Position numbers and translations under genes: made by a program
Assembly (NCBI GenBank): GCA_022708765.1
Contig: JAKIYB010000004.1
Span: forward strand, 1-26,743
DNA: 26,743 bases
Source: Armatimonadota bacterium
Lineage (GTDB): Bacteria > Armatimonadota > Hebobacteria > CAIYQO01
Direction: 5' to 3'
In this document: piece by piece, positions 1 through 8,303 of the stretch
How positions within the stretch are numbered: the first letter of the stretch is position 1
Layout: every line of letters starts with the position of its first letter
Notes under the pieces: generated by a model
Told to the model about the DNA's origin: nothing
What the model saw: the letters and a program-made list of their open reading frames with translations, nothing else
Databases searched by the model: none

Positions 1-850
1 CGCCGAGCACCGGCACCCCGCCGATGACCGGCCCGATCACCGGAATCGCGCGTGCCAGTCCGGCAATGACGCCGAGGAGCAGCGCCCCCGGCACGCCCAG
101 CGCGATCATGCCGATCGTCACCACCGCCCAGGCGATGACGACGAGCACGATCTGCCCCTGGATGTATCGGCGGAAGATGCGGTCCATGCCCCCGCCATAG
201 CGCAGCACGCGCTCGCGAAACTGTCCCGGCACGAAGAATAGCACTTGCTCGCGCACCGCCCGTGAATCGGTGAGGAAATAAAAGGCGATGAGCGGCACGA
301 AGATGAGTTCGACGATAAGCCCGGCCCACTTGCCGATATGCTCCACCATTCCCAGCGTCCACGCCGCGAGTTGACCGGTGAATTCGGACTTCTGCAGTTC
401 GCGCTGCAGGTCGGCGGCGATCTGCGCGCGAACCTCGGCGGGCACGTGCGCCAGATACCAGGCCTGCAATTGCTCGACCTGCGCGGGCAGCTTGCCCTGG
501 GTGAAGGTGGTATAGAGCTCGGTGGCTTGCGCCTTGATCGTGCCGACGATAGCGGTGCCCATCCCCACCAGCACGCCGGCGATAAGCAGGTAAATGATCA
601 GCACGGCGGCCACGCGCACGGCGTGCGCACGGCGCAAGCGGGTGGCGCGCACTGCCCACTCGACTACCGGCTGCAGCAGATAAGTGAGCACAGCCGCCAG
701 CAGCAATACGGTGGCGGCGGAGCGGAAGTAGCGCTCGAAAAGGAGGAAGACAATGACGATGACGGCGGCGATGAGGAGGCCGTAGAGCAGCATCCGCCAC
801 CACGGCGTGGGGGCGGGCGCAAGCGCCGTATCGCCAGATTGGGCTACCAT
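1..850 (-). CDS. AI-2E (PerM-like) family transporter, 3' end truncated by window edge
   Basis: Manual translation from ATG at 850 with AGGAG RBS: MVAQSGDTALAP...LIFVPLIAFYFLTD...RYIQGQIVLVVIAWAVVTIGMIALGVPGALLLGVIAGLARAIPVIGPVIGGVPVLG. Multiple hydrophobic helices and FYFL.D / Y..GQ / IP.IGP motifs. Not in the ORF track because there is no stop in the window. Confidence 0.85.
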   Translation of the reverse strand, partial: MVAQSGDTALAPAPTPWWRMLLYGLLIAAVIVIVFLLFERYFRSAATVLLLAAVLTYLLQPVVEWAVRATRLRRAHAVRVAAVLIIYLLIAGVLVGMGTAIVGTIKAQATELYTTFTQGKLPAQVEQLQAWYLAHVPAEVRAQIAADLQRELQKSEFTGQLAAWTLGMVEHIGKWAGLIVELIFVPLIAFYFLTDSRAVREQVLFFVPGQFRERVLRYGGGMDRIFRRYIQGQIVLVVIAWAVVTIGMIALGVPGALLLGVIAGLARAIPVIGPVIGGVPVLG

Positions 851-995
851 CACGACTCCTCATTCGAGAAAAGGGCCGTCCAAAGCCGGATTGCTGACCG
901 GAATGGGGGGAGTATACCCGTTATCGCCGTATCTTACCCGCGCGCCTTGCCGCGCAAAGTAGGCGGCATGTGCCGATTTCCGCCCATCGCTCCCC

Positions 996-2138
996 TCACA
1001 CCGCGAATGCCGCCGGCAACGCCGCTTCCACGCCGAAATGCACTTTCAGCACCTGCGCGATGCGCGTGGCGGCGCCGCCGTCACCGTAGGGGTTGGCGGC
1101 GCGGGCCATGGCCGCGTGGGCGGCGGGATCGGTGAGCAGCCGCGCGCCTTCTTCCAGGATGGCGGCACGCACCGGACCGATGAGTTTCGCTACGCCGGCC
1201 TCCACCGCTTCCGGGCGCTCGGTGGTATCGCGCAGCACCAGCACCGGCACGCCCAGGCTGGGCGCTTCCTCCTGGATGCCGCCGGAATCGGTGAGGATGA
1301 GCCGGGCGCGTTTGAGGAGCTGCACGAAATCAAAATAGTCCGGCGGCTCGATGAGGCGCACGCGCGGGTGGTCGCCGAGTACCGACTGCGCCGTTTCGCG
1401 CACCACCGGATTGCGGTGGACGGCATACACCAGGCGGGCGTCCGGCACGCGCTCCAACAGGTCGCGCATGCCCAGGCATGCCTGGCGCATCGGCTCGCCC
1501 CAGTTTTCGCGCCGGTGGGCAGTCACCAGGATCAGCGGGCCGCTTTCCTCATCCGCCCAGGCAAGCTCCGCCGGCAGCGGGCGCGGGCGGGCGGCGTAGA
1601 GCAGCGCGTCAATGACGGTGTTGCCGGTGACGAAGATCGTCTCCGCCGGCACGTTTTCCTTCAACAGATTATCGCGCGAAGACGCGGTGGGGGCGAAGTG
1701 CAGCGCGGTGAGCACGCCCGCCAGCCGGCGGTTTGCCTCTTCAGGATACGGCGAGTACATGTTGCCGGTGCGCAGGCCGGCTTCCACGTGGCCGAACGGC
1801 ACCTTGGCGTAGAACGCCGCCAGCGCCGCCGCGAACACCGTCGTCGTGTCGCCCTGCGCGAGCACGATATCCGGCTTGACGTCAGCAATCACGCGCTCTA
1901 ACCCTTCCAGCGCGCGAATGGTAATCTGCCCCAGCGTCTGCCCCGGACGCATGATGTCGAGATCCACATCGCCTTGGATCTCGAATTGCCGCAGTACCTG
2001 GTCGAGCATCTCGCGATGCTGCGCGGTGAGCGCCACGGTGACGCCGAAAGCGCTGTCGGCGCGAAGCGTGCGCACCACCGGCGCCATTTTCACGGCCTCC
2101 GGACGAGTGCCCATGACGGCGAGTACATTAATAGTCAT
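996..2138 (-). CDS. wecB: UDP-N-acetylglucosamine 2-epimerase (non-hydrolysing)
   Basis: GTRPEAVKMAP, TAQHREML, QGDTTT, HVEAGLRT, PEEANR, TAHRREN, TDSGGIQEEAP, NPYGDG motifs. ATG 2138 chosen (AAGGA 9 nt upstream); the track starts at TTG 2147. Confidence 0.95.
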   Translation of the reverse strand: MTINVLAVMGTRPEAVKMAPVVRTLRADSAFGVTVALTAQHREMLDQVLRQFEIQGDVDLDIMRPGQTLGQITIRALEGLERVIADVKPDIVLAQGDTTTVFAAALAAFYAKVPFGHVEAGLRTGNMYSPYPEEANRRLAGVLTALHFAPTASSRDNLLKENVPAETIFVTGNTVIDALLYAARPRPLPAELAWADEESGPLILVTAHRRENWGEPMRQACLGMRDLLERVPDARLVYAVHRNPVVRETAQSVLGDHPRVRLIEPPDYFDFVQLLKRARLILTDSGGIQEEAPSLGVPVLVLRDTTERPEAVEAGVAKLIGPVRAAILEEGARLLTDPAAHAAMARAANPYGDGGAATRIAQVLKVHFGVEAALPAAFAV

Positions 2139-2275
2139 GCGTGTCAATCCTTCATTCTGTCAGCAGTGTTTCGGACTGCGCGGAAGCCGCCGCCCGCTCG
2201 GGAAGGCAGCCGATACGGTTGTTCCACATCTTGCCGGCGATGGAAACATGGCCAGCCGAGAATTTCCGCCGCCGC

Positions 2276-3274
2276 TCATCGCCAGAGAGCCAGCCACACG
2301 GCCGCCATGCACCCGATGCCGGTGAGCACATAAATAGTGAGGACCACCAGCCGCTGGTTCATGCCCAGCGCCAGCAGGCGGTGATGCAGGTGGCCGCGAT
2401 CCGGCATGAAGATGGGTTGGCGGCGCCAGAGCCGGCGGATGATGGCGAAGAGAGTATCGAAAATGGGGACGGCGAGGATGAGCAGGGGCACCGCCAGCGC
2501 CGCCGCCGCCGCCACCTTCCAATTCTGCAGGATGGAGAGGGCGGCGATGGTAAAGCCGAGGAAGTGGCTGCCGGCATCGCCCATGAAGACCTTAGCCGGA
2601 TGGAAATTGTAGCGCAGGAAGCCGGCGCAGGTGCCCACCAGCGCGGCGGAGAGCAGCACGAAGCCGAAACTGCTCTCCATCGCCACCATCGCGATAACGA
2701 GGAAGGTGAAGGTGGCGATGGCGGAAACCCCCGCCGCCAGCCCGTCCAGCCCGTCAATAAGGTTGATGGTATTGGTGACGCCGACGATCCACACCACCGA
2801 CAGGGTGACGCCCAGCCACTTGGGCAGGTCCCAATCCAGCAGCACCACCATGCGCAGGCCGAAGATATCCAGCGTGACCAGCGCCGCCGCGAGAATCTGA
2901 CCGAGCAGCTTCGCCCAGGCGGGAATCTGGAACTTATCGTCCAGCGCGCCAAGGGCGGTCATCAGCGTGGCGCCGGCGAGCAGGCCCCACACGCGGTTGT
3001 TGCTGAGGCTGTCGTGAAAGAACAGCATCAACCCCACCGCCAGCGCGAAGGCGGCATACATGCCCAGGCCGCCCCAGCGCGGGGTCGGTTTGGTATGTAC
3101 GCGGCGGGCGTGCGGCTGGTCCACCACGCCCGCGCGCTCGGCCAGTCGCATGGATACCGGCACCAGCAGCAGCGCGAAGGCCAGCGCGGCGAAGAAGGCA
3201 AGGACGATGAGGGCCAGCTTGTCCCCGGAGATAGCCAGACCCAGTGCTTCAGCGAGTTGATCGGAGCGATTCAT
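2276..3274 (-). CDS. MraY-like glycosyltransferase family 4 (TagO/WecA-type undecaprenyl-phosphate GlcNAc-1-phosphate transferase)
   Basis: D.P..RRVH..PTPRWGG, GALDD, NTINLIDGLDGLA, FMGDAGS, PDRGHLHH motifs. ATG 3274 overlaps the rpiB stop (ATGA). Confidence 0.9.
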   Translation of the reverse strand: MNRSDQLAEALGLAISGDKLALIVLAFFAALAFALLLVPVSMRLAERAGVVDQPHARRVHTKPTPRWGGLGMYAAFALAVGLMLFFHDSLSNNRVWGLLAGATLMTALGALDDKFQIPAWAKLLGQILAAALVTLDIFGLRMVVLLDWDLPKWLGVTLSVVWIVGVTNTINLIDGLDGLAAGVSAIATFTFLVIAMVAMESSFGFVLLSAALVGTCAGFLRYNFHPAKVFMGDAGSHFLGFTIAALSILQNWKVAAAAALAVPLLILAVPIFDTLFAIIRRLWRRQPIFMPDRGHLHHRLLALGMNQRLVVLTIYVLTGIGCMAAVWLALWR

Positions 3275-3729
3275 GACGATGTGACCGTTTCCGCTTCGGC
3301 GTCGGCAATGAGCGCGAGGCGGCGGGCATGGCGCGCCTCGTTCGGCCACGCGGTGGCGAGAAAGACGCGGACGATCTCCAGTGCCAGGTCCAGCCCCACC
3401 ACGCGCGCGCCGATGCACAGCACGTTGGCGTTATTATGCAGCCGGGCCATGCGCGCGGTGAAGGCCTCGTGGCACAGCGCGGCGCGCACCCCGCGGACTT
3501 TATTCGCCGCGATGGAGCCGCCGATGCCCGTGCCGCAGAGGAAGACGCCGAACTCCGCTTCGCCGCCGCGCACCGCCCGCGCCACCGCCAGCGCGATGGC
3601 CGGGTAATCCACCGACGCCGGCCCGTCGGTGCCGCAATCCAGCACCGCGTGCCCCAGCCGCTCCAACTCAGCGCGAATGGCCTCTTTGTACCCGAATGCG
3701 GCGTGATCAACGCCGAGTGCAATCTTCAT
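3271..3729 (-). CDS. rpiB: Ribose-5-phosphate isomerase B
   Basis: MKIALGVDHAA, DYP, CGTGIG, ANKVRGVRAA, HNNANVLCIGAR, RHARR motifs. Confidence 0.95.
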   Translation of the reverse strand: MKIALGVDHAAFGYKEAIRAELERLGHAVLDCGTDGPASVDYPAIALAVARAVRGGEAEFGVFLCGTGIGGSIAANKVRGVRAALCHEAFTARMARLHNNANVLCIGARVVGLDLALEIVRVFLATAWPNEARHARRLALIADAEAETVTSS

Positions 3730-3801
3730 AATGGCAACATACCTGAGTCCGATGACAACGCCATGACGCGCCGATGACGGGACGATAACATTTCCGCCGT
3801 C

Positions 3802-3831
3802 ATTGTACCGTATGCGGGGAGGGGATGCCAA
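3802..3831 (-). promoter_or_regulatory. Putative sigma70 promoter for the rpiB-tagO-wecB run
   Basis: TTGGCA-18 nt-TACAAT on the minus strand, about 70 nt upstream of the rpiB ATG. Confidence 0.5.
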
Positions 3832-3895
3832 GGTGCGGGGCATCGCCGTGTATTATCCCGCGCCAGATGCTATTATGCGAAATGCGAGGTGATGC

Positions 3896-4258
3896 ATGCC
3901 TATTCATAGAAGGAAGCTGAAGCGGGCGGCGTATGGGTCGGACCGCGTGCTCACCCTGGTGTGGGATAACTGGCCGATCCATTTCGACCCGCGGGTGGTA
4001 GCGGAGGCGGCGGCGCAACGGATGCCCCTGCTCCGGCTGCCCACCTACGCCCCCTGGCTCAACCCCACCGAAAAACTCTGGGACTGGCTCAAAGCCACGG
4101 TGCTGCGGCTGCACCCCTGGAGTGATGCCTGGGAGGTGCTGCACCGCACCGTGGAGGCGTTCCTCGCCGACTTCGCGGACGGGTCTGACGCGCTGCTGCA
4201 ATACGTCGGGTTGGCACCAGAGGAGCAGACCGAACCCCACCATCAGGACACATGGTGA
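3896..4258 (+). mobile_element. IS630-family transposase remnant (C-terminal part of DDE domain only)
   Basis: LVWDNWPIH and LPTYAPWLNPTEKLW match the IS630 D and E motifs (DN...H, LP.YSP.LNPIE.LW). The N-terminal HTH and first catalytic Asp are absent. Confidence 0.85.
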
Positions 4259-4278
4259 TATTCAATTGTCAAAGAGCA
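4259..4278 (-). repeat. 20-bp terminal-repeat-like / boxA-like motif TGCTCTTTGACAATTGAATA
   Basis: Directly follows the IS630 remnant stop. 17/20 identical to 16112-16131 and 18/20 to the reverse complement of 16247-16266. Confidence 0.65.
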
Positions 4279-4296
4279 TCGGCGTGCTTATGCTGG

Positions 4297-4324
4297 TTCG
4301 CCACCTCCTTCAGGGGGTGGCGAA
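4297..4324. other. 12-bp stem-loop with TTCA loop
   Basis: TTCGCCACC-TCC-TTCA-GGG-GGTGGCGAA: 9 perfect pairs plus 3 more, one of them G-T. Confidence 0.6.
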
Positions 4325-4439
4325 AGTGATGTGCGATAGTGGTACTAATTTCATGGCACAAACGACAGGATGGAATATCATTGTTTAACACCATGGGCGT
4401 TGACAGTGTTGTGTTAATGATCACGAGGTAGAAATGTCC

Positions 4440-4494
4440 AGCCGGCGCGTGAGGAACGAGGACGGGTGCATCACGGCCGGCTTTCTTCCCTTTC
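4440..4494 (+). terminator. Terminator-like hairpin in the leader of the 1196-aa gene
   Basis: AGCCGGC-G-CGTGA...TCACG-GCCGGCT followed by TTCTTCCCTTT. Large loop and interrupted T-tract. Confidence 0.35.
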
Positions 4495-4640
4495 CAGATG
4501 GTGAACCGGCATGCGGCCTGTTGCATGGTCGCGGTTCGACGAACTCTCGCACTTCGCTGATTATCCCCGGAGGCAGCGGTTGTCGGGTATAATAGCGGCA
4601 TCTGGTTCCGATTGCTGCTGGCCGGGCGAGGGGTACCGCG

Positions 4641-7600
4641 ATGGTATGTTGTTCCAGAATGCGCATTGGTGTATTGCTGTTGCTGACGATTGTCGTGTGC
4701 GGCGGAGGGGTGGCGGTGCCGTGGAGTAAGACATTTGCTCCCGAGGATTTGCGCGTCGCGCTGACGGGGGGCGGGAAGGCGCGAATAGAGCCGTATCGCG
4801 GAGAGGAGGTGCTGCGGGCCAATCTTTCCACGCAGCAGGGCGCCACGCTCTTCGGCGAGGCTGCGCTGTTTGAGAAGACGCCGGGAAAGTACCGGGCGAC
4901 CTACCGCCTGAGCATCCAGTGTCCCCCGGTGGGACGGTTCAATGATCTGCGATTGGCGGTGCTGCGGGGCGACACGGTACTAGCCTCGCGCCCGCTGGAT
5001 CTGGCGCTGCTGCCGGTAGACGGCAGCCCGACTGATATCCCCCTCGACTTCGTCCTGGAACGCACCAATGACCTGACTCCGGTGCGCTGCGTGGTGCGCT
5101 GGTCGAACCACGCCGACCTGACGGTGCTGCGCCACCATGGCTTGACGGTGACGCGCATGACGGAAGGCGCCGTCCTTACTGGCGTGCAGGTGGACAAACT
5201 CATCTACAAACCTGGCGCCAAAGGCACGGCGCGAGTGAGCATGCTTAATCTGGACGCGGCGCCGGCGACGGGCACGCTGACGCTGACGCTGGTAAACGAA
5301 CTGAACGACCGCACGGTGCTGCCGCCCGTGCCGGTGGAGTTGGCTGCGGGCGCCGCCATCGAACTTGCCATCCCCTTTACCGCGCCCGGCGAGTGGGGCA
5401 TCCGCGCGGAAGCTGTGTTGAAAACGGCGACGGGCACGGATACCGCTACCGACTACTGCAGCGTCACCGACAACTACTTCGCCGTCGGCATCGGCTACTC
5501 CGCCGGCCCTATCCAGACCGGCGCGCAGAACTATACCGGTGTACCGCGGGAGTTGCGCGCGGCGTATGCCAATATGCTGGAAGTCTTCTTCTGGGCGCCG
5601 TGCGACTGGGCGAAACTCACCTCGGAGCGCGAGGAGTGGTGGAGCGGCCAGACCAGTTACCACGAAACCGAATCGGGACTGCAGAAGCTGATCAAAGGGT
5701 GTCACGAGCAGGGGATCGCCGTAGCCGGCTACTGCTCACAAAACGCCGCCGGACCGGAAGGCTGGGAGGTGGCGCGCCGGCATCCGGAGTGGTTCCACAC
5801 GAATCTGGACAGCTCGCTGAAAGGCGGCTACAACGTCCAGCACTTTGACAATTGGAACAACTCCGCCTGGCGCGCCGAACGGCTGGAGACGAAAGCCGGC
5901 AGCCTGCCGTGGTACACACTGAGTGTTGACCTGCGCAAGCTCCCACCGCTCGATTACGGCATCAACCAGATTCTTGCCAGTTACAAGCAGTATCGCTGGG
6001 ATGCCATGCGCTTCGACGGGCACTACCACATCCCCGGCAATGACGAGATGACGACGCGCAACATGCGCCGGCTGAAAGAGCGGGTGGCCGCCGCGCATCC
6101 CGAACTGCGGCTCGGATACAATTTCGGCTACGGGCTCGACTTTCAGCACGGGCGCGAGCACGAAATCCGCGAGACGATGGCCGGCGGCGGACTCTACATG
6201 CAGGAGGCAATCCGCGCGCTGCGCTACGCGAAGGAGCGCTATACCAGTTGGCGGCATTACGCGCAAAACGAGTTGAAATACGCCAAACAGATTCAGCGTA
6301 TGGGCGGCTATTACCACTGCATCTGGGACTTGAGCGGCCGGCTGGCCGGCGATGAGCCGGTGCCTGAGCGTGGCCTGTACCTCTTCATTTATGGCCTCAT
6401 CGCCGGTGGGCATCCGTATTACGGCACACATGAGACGCTGCCCGGCTGCGACAATTGGGGCGCGTTTCTCACCCGATGGTCGAGCATGCTCTGGGACCGT
6501 CGGCTGACGCTGGTGGAGAAGCCGGAAACGTGTTTCGTGGTGACGGGCGAGAAGATCGAGTGGCAGCCGTTCGTACAGGAACGGGTGGTGTCGCCCACGC
6601 GCAAGTTCATCGTGCTGCATCTGGTGACGCCCCCCGCCTCCGACAGCATTGATCGCACGCCCCCGCCCCCGCCCAAGCCGACCGGCGCCGCGGCCCCAGC
6701 CATGAAAGATCCGCTGGATGAACTCGATGGGCTGGACGACCTCGACCTTGCGCTTCCGGCCGACGAGCAAGCCACGCCGCCGCCGTGGGGCAATACGGTG
6801 CAGGTACGCTACACGCCGGAGCGGGGGGGGGCGCGCGTGGTGCGCGCCGTGCTGGTGCGGCCTGAAATAACGCCCTACGAGACCCCGCTGGCGCCGAAGC
6901 GCGACGGCGACGCGCTGACTGTCACCGTGCCGCACCCGCGCTACTGGTCCATGCTCATCTGGGAGTTGGAAGGCCAGTTCCAAGAGCCGCCGCCGCCGCC
7001 TGCCTACACCGAGCCGCCCGACCCCGCCAAACTGGTGGTGGACGACGCACCGATAGCCACTTACCACGACCCGATGAAGCGCGACGTGCCGGCGCAGACG
7101 GAAGACGCGGAATACGTGCTGCTCAACCGAAGTTCCGCCAACATCGGCAACCATCCGATAGCCGATCCCGATTCCGACCTGAGCGTGGTGCAGTGGCGGC
7201 AAACGAACCACGGCAGCGACAAGATCGGCATCTGGTGGGCGCTGCGGCTGGATGCGGGCAAATACCGCTGCAGCATCCGCCTGAAATGGACCGACGAGAA
7301 AGAGGCGCCTACCCCGCAGAAGTTCATGATGCACATTATCGGGCATGAAGGCATTCGCGTCACCAGCCCCACCTATGTCACCCCCGGTTATCCTGACGCG
7401 CCGAAAGATGCCCGTGTCTTCAGCGAGCGGGGCAAGTACCAGTATTACGACCTGGGCGATATTGAGCTGCCACAGTCCAGGCTGGTGACCTTTGACGGCT
7501 ATGCTTCCACCGCGAAGCCGGGGGACAACGCGCTTTACGCCGACCGCATCCGCATCGAGCCGATCGAGCGCTACACGGACGCGAAACTGGCGGAGCTGAA

Positions 7601-8231
7601 CCCGGTCGAGAAACCGGCCGACCTGCGCGCGCCCAACGGCACCGCGCCGAAGAAGGTGCTGCAGGTGAAGGGGTTGTTCTGGCAGCAATACGGCGTGGAG
7701 CGCGCTGTGCCGTGCGAGAATGCCTACCACATCAACCTCGATTACCCCACGCTCTATGCCTACGACGTCGTGGTGCTGACGGATTTCAACTTCTATGGCA
7801 GCGACTACCCCACTCGGAAGCGCCTGCGCGACTTTGTGGAGGACGGCGGGCGGCTGGTGGTGCTGGGCGGGCCGAAAACGCTGGGCTACGGCCGCATGCG
7901 GATGACTTATCTGGAAGACCTGCTGCCGGTGACGCTGACCGGGGCGCACGAGGTGGTGCGCTGCGACCCGCCGCGCCGCCTGGGGCCCTCCGCGGCCACC
8001 GCCTACCCGGGCGCCCCGACGCTCTTCTGGACGCACCAGGTAACGCCGCGGCCTGACGCCGTGCCCCTCGCCTACGCCGACGCCGCCCCGGTGGCGCTGA
8101 AGCGCCCTTTCGGCAAGGGGGTGGTCTACGTCTTCACCGGCACCGTGCTGGGCGAACCGGGCGCCGGCGAGACGCCGTTCTGGGAGTGCGCGTCGTGGAA
8201 GGAACTACTGAAGCGGATGGTGCTGGAGTAG
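4641..8231 (+). CDS. Large secreted modular protein: beta-sandwich + Ig-like + probable GH66-like TIM barrel + second beta-sandwich + C-terminal class I glutamine-amidotransferase-like domain
   Basis: GAGGGG RBS, TATAAT at 4588-4593 and a hydrophobic signal peptide. VDKLIYKPG resembles the GH66 N-domain DK.RY.PG. The barrel carries NMLEVFFWA, LIKGCHEQGI, WDAMRFDG and YMQE. The C-terminal YDVVVL...LRDFVEDGGRLVVLGG...LEDLLPV is GATase1-like. The ORF is certain; the function is inferred. Confidence 0.8.
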   Translation: MVCCSRMRIGVLLLLTIVVCGGGVAVPWSKTFAPEDLRVALTGGGKARIEPYRGEEVLRANLSTQQGATLFGEAALFEKTPGKYRATYRLSIQCPPVGRFNDLRLAVLRGDTVLASRPLDLALLPVDGSPTDIPLDFVLERTNDLTPVRCVVRWSNHADLTVLRHHGLTVTRMTEGAVLTGVQVDKLIYKPGAKGTARVSMLNLDAAPATGTLTLTLVNELNDRTVLPPVPVELAAGAAIELAIPFTAPGEWGIRAEAVLKTATGTDTATDYCSVTDNYFAVGIGYSAGPIQTGAQNYTGVPRELRAAYANMLEVFFWAPCDWAKLTSEREEWWSGQTSYHETESGLQKLIKGCHEQGIAVAGYCSQNAAGPEGWEVARRHPEWFHTNLDSSLKGGYNVQHFDNWNNSAWRAERLETKAGSLPWYTLSVDLRKLPPLDYGINQILASYKQYRWDAMRFDGHYHIPGNDEMTTRNMRRLKERVAAAHPELRLGYNFGYGLDFQHGREHEIRETMAGGGLYMQEAIRALRYAKERYTSWRHYAQNELKYAKQIQRMGGYYHCIWDLSGRLAGDEPVPERGLYLFIYGLIAGGHPYYGTHETLPGCDNWGAFLTRWSSMLWDRRLTLVEKPETCFVVTGEKIEWQPFVQERVVSPTRKFIVLHLVTPPASDSIDRTPPPPPKPTGAAAPAMKDPLDELDGLDDLDLALPADEQATPPPWGNTVQVRYTPERGGARVVRAVLVRPEITPYETPLAPKRDGDALTVTVPHPRYWSMLIWELEGQFQEPPPPPAYTEPPDPAKLVVDDAPIATYHDPMKRDVPAQTEDAEYVLLNRSSANIGNHPIADPDSDLSVVQWRQTNHGSDKIGIWWALRLDAGKYRCSIRLKWTDEKEAPTPQKFMMHIIGHEGIRVTSPTYVTPGYPDAPKDARVFSERGKYQYYDLGDIELPQSRLVTFDGYASTAKPGDNALYADRIRIEPIERYTDAKLAELNPVEKPADLRAPNGTAPKKVLQVKGLFWQQYGVERAVPCENAYHINLDYPTLYAYDVVVLTDFNFYGSDYPTRKRLRDFVEDGGRLVVLGGPKTLGYGRMRMTYLEDLLPVTLTGAHEVVRCDPPRRLGPSAATAYPGAPTLFWTHQVTPRPDAVPLAYADAAPVALKRPFGKGVVYVFTGTVLGEPGAGETPFWECASWKELLKRMVLE

Positions 8232-8245
8232 GCAACCCCCCGCCG

Positions 8246-8274
8246 TTGCGCCCGGCCACCTCTCGCGGTAAGAT
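8246..8274 (+). promoter_or_regulatory. Putative sigma70 promoter for the dehydrogenase gene
   Basis: TTGCGC-17 nt-TAAGAT, 29 nt upstream of ATG 8304, with GAGGGGG RBS. Confidence 0.65.
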
Positions 8275-8303
8275 GGAGCATCATTCCTGGATGAGGGGGC
8301 TGC

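Noticed and set aside
931-957. TTGCGC...TAAGAT promoter for the AI-2E gene (minus strand)
   Set aside because: The spacer is only 15 nt. It is suggestive but was not reported as a feature.
5736-8036. 766-aa minus-strand ORF, and similar long antisense ORFs (338-1135, 1038-1901, 2141-3607, 9562-10671, 13318-14883, 17160-18191, 20586-21644, 23205-24368)
   Set aside because: Shadow ORFs opposite well-supported genes in high-GC DNA, with no RBS or family motifs.
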